From an uncultured Chitinophagales bacterium (GTDB lineage: Bacteria > Bacteroidota > Ignavibacteria > UBA10030 > UBA6906), in NCBI GenBank assembly GCA_964550275.1, contig CAZJYO010000002.1:1-37186 (forward strand): a stretch of 37,186 bases of DNA, read 5' to 3'. Below the pieces are notes generated by a model that saw only the letters and a list, made by a program, of their open reading frames with translations, ran no database searches and had not been told where the DNA came from. Both the position numbers and the translations under genes were made by a program. Shown piece by piece: positions 8,621 to 15,603 of the stretch; positions within the stretch are counted from its first letter, which is position 1, and each line of letters begins with the position of its first letter.

Positions 8621-9475
8621 ATGTCCACGTCCCCCAATGCCCCGGCCGCAAAACGATTCATGCGGTTGTTGTGGAAGGGGCTCCCGAGAACTTCTGCGAC
8701 ATTCGATATTGGGAAGCTCATCACCCGGTCGATTCTCAAGCCGGAATCCGGCTCACTCCCGGTTGAAATTCAGCTCTCCGGACACATTCCGATGCGTCTC
8801 GATCTTTCTTCATTCGTTGCCAACGATCTTTACTGCCTTGATGACCACTATGAATCGGTAACGCTCCGGTTGTGGCGCAAGCTTTCCAGGGATGCAAAAG
8901 TTATTCTGGACGTCGGCAGCCATATCGGGACATTTGCGCTTGTTTCCGCGGAAGCAAATTCCGGCGCCCGGATCGTTTGTGTGGAAGCCGATGGAAATAT
9001 CTACAAACATTTGAAATTGCACGCAGAGCGTTATCCCAACATTCTTGCCGTCCAAGCGGCTATTGCCGACAGCTCAACCAGTATGTGGTTTTGTCCGGTT
9101 GGCGGAAATGACGGAGGGGGATTTCTCACAACCACCAAACCCGAAGATAACGCGTGTTATCCCGTCACCACACACACACTGCTGACCGTCTGCCGCGAAC
9201 ACAACGTCGGCTCCATTGATTTGATGAAGCTGGATGTCGAGGGGTTTGAATATGAGCTCCTGACGCGCAACGACGATTTCTTCATGAAGCATTCTCCGAA
9301 ACATTTGCTTGTCGAACTGCGCCGCGATCACGCCGACCCTCAAAAGAGCGATGAGATTTTTGCGGCGATGAAGCGTCGCGGATATGACGCCCGCCGGATT
9401 CAAGGTCTGTATGCCATTCCGTTCGGCAAAGATCACGACCTCGCCAACTGGCACTTCGAGAAAACCCGCGCGTAA
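8621..9475 (+). CDS. FkbM family SAM-dependent methyltransferase
   Basis: VILDVGSHIGTFAL ... IVCVEADG ... LMKLDVEGFEYELL. The ATG directly abuts the anti-sigma TAA. Confidence 0.8.
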   Translation: MSTSPNAPAAKRFMRLLWKGLPRTSATFDIGKLITRSILKPESGSLPVEIQLSGHIPMRLDLSSFVANDLYCLDDHYESVTLRLWRKLSRDAKVILDVGSHIGTFALVSAEANSGARIVCVEADGNIYKHLKLHAERYPNILAVQAAIADSSTSMWFCPVGGNDGGGFLTTTKPEDNACYPVTTHTLLTVCREHNVGSIDLMKLDVEGFEYELLTRNDDFFMKHSPKHLLVELRRDHADPQKSDEIFAAMKRRGYDARRIQGLYAIPFGKDHDLANWHFEKTRA

Positions 9476-9523
9476 GCCCCGGTAGTGTAACAGTTGAAGC
9501 CACTACCTAAACTCCACTTCATT

Positions 9524-9552
9524 TTGACAAACCCCGCGTAACTTGGTATATT
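9524..9552 (+). promoter_or_regulatory. Near-consensus sigma70 promoter TTGACA-17-(TGg)TATATT for lon
   Basis: -35 at 9524-9529, 17-nt spacer, extended -10 TGgTATATT at 9544-9552, about 80 nt upstream of the lon ATG. Confidence 0.6.
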
Positions 9553-9630
9553 GGTTTCAATGTTTTGACATGTGTTGCACGCGAAGCAGCGCACCCGTCA
9601 TTCCCGCTCACCCCGTATCCAAATTGTTGA

Positions 9631-12021
9631 ATGCAGACTGAAACCCATACAGAAGGAACCCACCACCAGCTTGATGCAATTCCCAAGCTGCTTCCCGTTC
9701 TGCCGTTGCGTGATGTTGTGGTGTATCCCTACATGATTTTCCCGGTGCTGGTTGGCCGCGATTCATCGCTACGCGCAGTGAATGAAGCCGTCGAGCGCGA
9801 AAAATATCTCTTCCTTGCCGCGCAGAAAAATCCCGGGACGGAAGAACCGGGCACGGACGACGTGTTCACCGAAGGCACGATTGCCAAGATTGTTCAGGTG
9901 CTCAAGCTCCCCAACGGCCTCATGAAAATTCTTGTGGATGGCGTTGTGCAGGCCAAAGTAAAGCGGTTTGTCCACGCGAAGTTTATGCAGGCGGAGGTGG
10001 AGATTACCTTCGAACCGGCCCCGGTGGATGCCGAACTCGACGCACTTCTCAGGCATACGTCCTCGCTGTTTGCCGAGTATGTTCACCTCAACAGGAATGT
10101 GCCGAGTGAAGTCCTTGTGGCGTTTGAGAACACCAAGGACCCGCGCCGCAAGGTGTTTTATATCGCTTCCAATATTCTTCAGAGCGTGGACGTGAAGCAG
10201 AAAGTGCTCCAGTTGACCAATATCCGCGAGCAGCTGCACGAGGTGATTCGCATTCTCAACGGGGAGAATGACGTCCTGAAGATTGAAAAGGAGATCGACA
10301 CCAAGGTTCACGATAATATCGCCCGCTCCCAGCGAAAGTATTTCATCCAGGAACAGATACGCATTCTTCAGGATGAGCTGGGTGACGACGAGGGCTCTCC
10401 CGAGCTTGCCAAACTCAAGGAAGAAATCAGGAAAGCGAAGATGCCCGCGCCGGTCGAAGAAAAGGCGATGGAAGAATTCAACAAGCTCAAGAAAACGCCG
10501 CCCCTCTCGCCCGAGTCAACCGTTATCCGGAGTTACCTCGATTGGATGATTTCTGTTCCGTGGGAAAAACACACGAAGGACAATCTCAACATTACCCACG
10601 TCAGGCAAATTCTTGATGAAGATCATTTTGGATTGGAGAAGCCGAAAGACAGGATCCTTGAACACATCGCAGTGTTGAATCTTGTCGAGGAAATGAAGGG
10701 GCAGATACTCTGTTTTGTCGGACCGCCCGGCGTGGGAAAAACATCGCTGGCAAAGTCCATCGCGCGCGGGCTCGGGCGAAAGTTTGTCCGTATCTCGCTT
10801 GGCGGCGTGCGCGACGAAGCGGAAATCCGCGGACACCGGCGCACCTACATCGGCGCGCTGCCCGGAAAGATTCTTCAATCGATGAAGAAAGCCGGCGTTA
10901 TTAACCCCGTACTGCTGCTGGATGAAGTGGACAAGATGAGCATGGATTTTCGCGGCGATCCGTCATCCGCGTTGCTGGAAGTGCTGGACCCCGAACAGAA
11001 CGTCGCCTTCAACGATCATTATCTCGATGTTGACTACGATCTTTCAAGCGTCATGTTTGTCACGACAGCAAATGTGCGGCACGCGATTCCTCTGCCATTA
11101 CAGGACAGAATGGAAATTATTGAATTGCCCGGCTACCTGATGCATGACAAGCGTGAGATTGCCCGAAGGCACATCATTCCGAAGCAGCTCAAGGAACACG
11201 GCCTCGAAAATGCAAAAGTGACGTTTGAGAATCAAGCTGTTGACCGCGTTATCAATGAGTACACTCGTGAAGCGGGCGTCCGCAATCTTGAGCGGGAGAT
11301 TGCCACCATTTGCAGAAAGGTTGCGCGGGATGTTGTTCTCTCACGACAGAAGAACGGAAAAAAATCCGCGCCGAAGCCGCTGGTTATTGACACTCAGAAA
11401 GTTGAAGGGTATCTTGGCGTACCGAAGTTCAGAAATCGCAAGAGACCGGAAACCCATCGCGTCGGCTCGGTTGCCGGACTTGCGTGGACGAGTGTGGGCG
11501 GCGAGATTCTCCAGGTTGATGCAACGGTGATGAAAGGTCAGGAGCGTTTACTTCTCACCGGTCAGCTTGGGGACGTCATGAAGGAATCCGCGCAGGCGGC
11601 GTTGAGTTATCTCCGATCAAATGCGAAGAAGCTGAAACTTGACCACGCGTCCTTTAAGGGGAAAGAGATCCACATCCATCTTCCGGAGGGCGCGATTCCC
11701 AAGGACGGACCTTCAGCCGGCATTACCATGGCATTGGCGATGTACTCGGCACTGAGCGGCAAGCCGTTGCGAGCCGATGTCGCCCTTACCGGAGAAATTA
11801 CACTGCGCGGCGAAGTTCTCGCCATCGGTGGATTGAACGAAAAACTTCTCGCGGCACAACGGAGTGACATGAAAAGGGTTCTGATCCCGCAGGAAAACAT
11901 GAAAGACCTCGCGGAAATCCCGGCGAAAGTGAAGGAAGGGCTGACCATCACGCCGGTAAAACGGATTGAAGACGCACTCAAGTATCTGCTGGTACAAGGC
12001 GGCCGTGCAAAATCAAAGTAA
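9631..12021 (+). CDS. lon: ATP-dependent Lon protease (endopeptidase La)
   Basis: 796 aa with an N-terminal LON domain, Walker A GPPGVGKTS, and catalytic PKDGPSAGITM plus a downstream Lys. Confidence 0.97.
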   Translation: MQTETHTEGTHHQLDAIPKLLPVLPLRDVVVYPYMIFPVLVGRDSSLRAVNEAVEREKYLFLAAQKNPGTEEPGTDDVFTEGTIAKIVQVLKLPNGLMKILVDGVVQAKVKRFVHAKFMQAEVEITFEPAPVDAELDALLRHTSSLFAEYVHLNRNVPSEVLVAFENTKDPRRKVFYIASNILQSVDVKQKVLQLTNIREQLHEVIRILNGENDVLKIEKEIDTKVHDNIARSQRKYFIQEQIRILQDELGDDEGSPELAKLKEEIRKAKMPAPVEEKAMEEFNKLKKTPPLSPESTVIRSYLDWMISVPWEKHTKDNLNITHVRQILDEDHFGLEKPKDRILEHIAVLNLVEEMKGQILCFVGPPGVGKTSLAKSIARGLGRKFVRISLGGVRDEAEIRGHRRTYIGALPGKILQSMKKAGVINPVLLLDEVDKMSMDFRGDPSSALLEVLDPEQNVAFNDHYLDVDYDLSSVMFVTTANVRHAIPLPLQDRMEIIELPGYLMHDKREIARRHIIPKQLKEHGLENAKVTFENQAVDRVINEYTREAGVRNLEREIATICRKVARDVVLSRQKNGKKSAPKPLVIDTQKVEGYLGVPKFRNRKRPETHRVGSVAGLAWTSVGGEILQVDATVMKGQERLLLTGQLGDVMKESAQAALSYLRSNAKKLKLDHASFKGKEIHIHLPEGAIPKDGPSAGITMALAMYSALSGKPLRADVALTGEITLRGEVLAIGGLNEKLLAAQRSDMKRVLIPQENMKDLAEIPAKVKEGLTITPVKRIEDALKYLLVQGGRAKSK

Positions 12022-12050
12022 TTGCTGAACCAACAAAGCGAACCCACCCC

Positions 12051-13742
12051 ATGAGCGATTTCATAGTTACCGCGCGCAAATGGCGCCCGCTGTTGTTCGA
12101 AGACGTCGCGGCACAGGACCATGTGACCACAACACTTCGCAACGCGATTGCCGCGAAACGGCTGGCACACGCGTATCTTTTCAGCGGTCCGCGTGGCGTT
12201 GGCAAGACAACAACAGCGCGCATCCTCGCAAAGGCCGTGAATTGTCTTCATCCTGTTGATAACAACCCGGATAACGAATGCAGTAACTGCCGCGAGATTA
12301 CTGAAGGACGCAGTTTTGATGTGCTGGAAATCGACGGCGCCTCCAACAGAGGCATCGAAGAGATGCGCAACCTTCGCGAAGCAGTCCGCTATGCGCCGAC
12401 GCAGGGAAGCTACAAGATTTACATCATTGATGAAGTACACATGCTTACCAAGGAAGCGTTCAATGCGCTTCTCAAAACGCTCGAAGAGCCGCCGCCGCAC
12501 GTGGTGTTCATCTTTGCGACCACCGAAATCCACAAGGTTCCCGCCACCATTCTTTCGCGCTGTCAGCGCTTTGAATTCCACCGCATTGCCATTGAGGAAA
12601 TCACCGGAAATCTCAAAGGCATTGCGGGCAAGGAAAAAATCACGATTGACGAAGACTCCCTGCTTCTTCTTGCAAAGAAAGCAGACGGATCCATGCGGGA
12701 TGCGCAGAGTCTTTTTGACCAGGCGGTTGCGCTTTGCGGGAAGAATGTAACACATCAGAAGCTTCTCGAAGCGCTCAACATTGTGGATCAGGAGTTGTAT
12801 TTCCGCGTGACGGACATGGTGAAGGCAAAAGATGCCGCAGCCGGACTCCAGCTTGTTGATGAGCTTGTCAGTAAGGGGCACGACCTTCGCGAGTTCCTCC
12901 ACGGACTAATCGAGCATCTTCGGAATATCCTCATTGCAAAGACGTCAAAATCCACAGAGCTGATCGAAGCATCAGAAAATTACAGGAAGCGTTACGGGAA
13001 AGAAGCGGAGACATTTTCCACCGCGGATATTCTCCGCTTGTTGCGCCATGTACAGGCGACGGAGAACGCGCTGAAGTACAGCTCGCAACCCCGTTACCGG
13101 CTTGAGGGGGATATTGTGCACATGATCACTACGCACACGGCCCCTGAAGTGGGTGAGCTTCTCCAGCAGATCGACGCGCTGAAAAAAAAACTCGATGAAC
13201 CACAGAAGCTGAATAGTCCTGGCAGCACTACGTATGTAAAGCCCGTTGTTTCCATCCCTGCTGACATGAAGCCGGCAGTAACGAAACCCGCCGCTGTCGT
13301 CAAGGAAGCAGAACCCTTTACACCGAAAAGCATCGCTCCTCAATCTTCCACGCCTGCAAGTCAGCCGCAACAGACAAAAATTATTGAAGGGGAAGTTTCT
13401 TCGCGATGGCCCGAGTTTGTGGGCGAGGTCAGGCGGCAGAGAATTTCTCTCGGCTCTGTTCTTGAGTCAGCATTGCTTCTTGGTGTTTCCGGATCGACAA
13501 TCCGTATTGGATGCGCGAATGATTTCCAGGCATCATCCATCACGCGGAACAAAGAGCTGATTCTTTCCATCATCAACCGGCTGTTCAACGCCAAGGCAAG
13601 AATCGAAGTGGAAATTACTTCCAGCCCGGGGACACTCCAACCCATGACGGGCAAACCCGAAGCGCCCGCCGCCACTGTTTCTGAAGAACACCCCGTTATT
13701 CAAGCGATGATTCGCGAGCTTGGCGCGGAACCGATGGGGTAA
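12051..13742 (+). CDS. dnaX: DNA polymerase III subunit gamma/tau
   Basis: YLFSGPRGVGKTTTARILAKAVNC, a Cys-rich zinc module (CxxC) and IIDEVHMLT. 563 aa. Confidence 0.97.
   Translation: MSDFIVTARKWRPLLFEDVAAQDHVTTTLRNAIAAKRLAHAYLFSGPRGVGKTTTARILAKAVNCLHPVDNNPDNECSNCREITEGRSFDVLEIDGASNRGIEEMRNLREAVRYAPTQGSYKIYIIDEVHMLTKEAFNALLKTLEEPPPHVVFIFATTEIHKVPATILSRCQRFEFHRIAIEEITGNLKGIAGKEKITIDEDSLLLLAKKADGSMRDAQSLFDQAVALCGKNVTHQKLLEALNIVDQELYFRVTDMVKAKDAAAGLQLVDELVSKGHDLREFLHGLIEHLRNILIAKTSKSTELIEASENYRKRYGKEAETFSTADILRLLRHVQATENALKYSSQPRYRLEGDIVHMITTHTAPEVGELLQQIDALKKKLDEPQKLNSPGSTTYVKPVVSIPADMKPAVTKPAAVVKEAEPFTPKSIAPQSSTPASQPQQTKIIEGEVSSRWPEFVGEVRRQRISLGSVLESALLLGVSGSTIRIGCANDFQASSITRNKELILSIINRLFNAKARIEVEITSSPGTLQPMTGKPEAPAATVSEEHPVIQAMIRELGAEPMG
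13182..13198 (+). promoter_or_regulatory. Candidate dnaX recoding site (A9 run with an immediate -1 frame stop)
   Basis: Codons 378-380 are AAA AAA AAA. The -1 frame then reads ACT CGA TGA. The +1 frame reads TCG ATG AAC CAC AGA AGC TGA. Confidence 0.55.
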
Positions 13743-13773
13743 TCAAAGCTGGTCCGCTTCTCACGCGCGGGCT

Positions 13774-13972
13774 CAACACCGACCTTTGGCAATGCCATCC
13801 CTTCGGGAAAGGTCGGTGTTGGACGATGCACCCCAAAGTAGATAGTGTCTCAGCAGCCGAGACATTACCCAAGTACCCTGACTTTCCCCTCGGTCGTCAC
13901 GAACCATTTCGTGACGGAAGCTGTTTTCCAGGCTTGAGCGGCTTGGTCACCAAGTGGTTGTTGACCGCCGAG
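13774..13972 (+). other. Structured non-coding region with four hairpins (function unknown, possible small RNA or processing/termination element)
   Basis: Hairpin 1 is a perfect 14-bp stem at 13774-13787/13808-13821, with a C(UUCG)G-like tip inside its loop. Hairpin 2 is a 6-bp stem at 13846-13864. Hairpin 3 is a 9-bp stem with a 4-nt loop at 13895-13916. Hairpin 4 is an imperfect stem at 13939-13970. No ORF of any size lies here. Confidence 0.45.
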
Positions 13973-14061
13973 CAAAGATCCGCACTGGGCCAAGAGCCAC
14001 CTTGACTTTCACCCCCCCTTTCCCGACTTTTTTATGTGATCATGCAAGAATGGAGAGGGAG

Positions 14062-15085
14062 AATGCGCAATAGTCTTGTTGCTGCTCTGTTGATTTCAAC
14101 CAACGCTGTGGCGGGAACGGGCGTTGCGAAATATGCCGGCGAATTTATGTCGCTCGGCGTCGGCGGCCGGGCTCTCGGAATGGGTGGAGCGTATGTTGCC
14201 CTCGCAAACGATGTCACTGCCGGCTACTGGAATCCCGCAGGACTCGCCTTCATCACGTACCCCCAAATCGCGCTCATGCATGACGAGCAGTTCGGTAGTC
14301 TCGTGAACTATGACTACGGCGCGGCCGCCATGCCCCTCGGTTCCTCTTCCAGTCTCGGTCTCAGCGTGATGCGTCTCGGCGTTGATGATATTCCCGACAC
14401 GCGCAACGCGGGCGTTGATATCAACGGCAACGTCACACACGATCCCAATGAGTTCAGCCGGATTGACCCGAACCGCGTAACCTATTTCAACGCGGCGGAT
14501 TGGGCGTTTTATCTCACCTATGCAAAGAAAGCGTCGGATGAGTTTTCCTACGGTGCGAACGTAAAGCTCATTAGGCGCGACCTTGGGGATAATGGGGCGA
14601 CGGGTGTCGGCTTTGACGTCGGCCTTTGGTACACGCCGATGGAAAATCTCCTGCTCGGTGCAAATGTCCAGGATGTTACCACAACATTCCTCGCGTGGGA
14701 CACAGGAACGAATGAACTCATTTCTCCCACAATGAAAGTCGGCTCAGCATATCTCATTGATGCGTGGGAAGGAAGGTTTGCACCTGCGCTTGATTTTGAT
14801 ATACGGTTTGAAAACAGACAATACGCCTCCACGTTTAATCTTGGTCCCGTGAGTTTCGACATGCACGCGGGACTTGAGTACCAGCTTCGCGATCTTGTTG
14901 CGCTTCGTGTCGGTTACAGCGACGTGAAGCAAGTAACCTTGGGAGCCGGACTTCACCTTCCCAAGTTGAACATCGACTATTCCTTTGCCAAGTTTGACGG
15001 CATCGATCAGCTTGGCAGTACGCACCGCATTTCCCTCATGTTTACTCTCGAGGCCGAGCAATTCAAGCGCGTCCCCGAACAGTAA
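14062..15085 (+). CDS. PorV/PorQ family outer-membrane beta-barrel protein (T9SS-associated family)
   Basis: GEFMSLGVGGRALGMGGAYVALANDVTAGYWNPAGLA is the family signature. The signal peptide is MRNSLVAALLISTNAVAG. GGAG lies 7 nt upstream of the ATG at 14062. The ORF track starts at GTG 14036. Confidence 0.8.
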
Positions 15086-15603
15086 TCCTTCGCGCCACAT
15101 TCTGCTGTTTCCTCCTCGGCCTTGCCGGCTGTTCAAGCTCGTCGCATGTTGCCGAGTACCCTCTTTTTGAACCATATTACACTGCCAACGAGAACGCGTT
15201 TGAATACCGGTTGCCGCAGGGCTGGCTGGATGCTTCCACCTCCGATACCACCAGCGCGTACGCAATATTTCTCGTGCGTCACGACTACGCGGCCTCTCTT
15301 GCCATTCATGAAATCAAACTGGATGAAACTTCGCGGCAAGAACTGCTGAGAGGTGGCACCGAGACGATGTCGGGGCTGGTCGGCTCACTGCACGGAGAAC
15401 AGAAAGGTGGGGAAGAGGTGGATATCGGAGGCGTTCACGGAATAGCATTTGAACCGCAACGCGATTCGCGCGAATACAAAACTCGTGTTGTTGTTTTTGC
15501 GGTGGGTGACCGGTTGTTTGAATCAACTGCGATGGCGAAACCGGGAACCGAAGAGGAAACGTTCGGCGTGCAAAGTGCGGTGTTGCAAGCGATTCGCTGG
15601 TAG
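15061..15603 (+). CDS. Hypothetical lipoprotein with an apparent non-canonical start (ATT 15061 or ATC 15085)
   Basis: The frame is open from 14998. The track starts only at TTG 15211, but the upstream codons encode ...ILRATFCCFLLGLAGCSSS, a signal peptide plus LAGC lipobox. GAGG at 15050-15053 lies 7 nt before the ATT. Confidence 0.55.
   Translation: MQARPRTVILRATFCCFLLGLAGCSSSSHVAEYPLFEPYYTANENAFEYRLPQGWLDASTSDTTSAYAIFLVRHDYAASLAIHEIKLDETSRQELLRGGTETMSGLVGSLHGEQKGGEEVDIGGVHGIAFEPQRDSREYKTRVVVFAVGDRLFESTAMAKPGTEEETFGVQSAVLQAIRW

Noticed and set aside
11607-12902. 431-aa minus-strand ORF spanning the lon/dnaX junction
   Set aside because: It crosses the intergenic gap between two unambiguous + strand genes. 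It has low-complexity, family-less sequence and is an antisense shadow ORF.
13803-13821. GGGAAAGGUCGG resembling the RNase P RNA GAGGAAAGUCC motif
   Set aside because: The motif is not exact. The whole non-coding gap (~290 nt) is too short for a bacterial RNase P RNA, and no other conserved P4/P15 elements are visible.
13900-13975. Possible SRP (4.5S) RNA, because of GGAAGCUGUUUUCCAGGC resembling CUGUUUACCAGG and its location next to dnaX
   Set aside because: I could not build the conserved helix 8 on either strand, that is, a GNRA tetraloop closed by a stable stem with the symmetric-loop AGCA/GGAA pattern. It remains only part of the generic structured-region finding.
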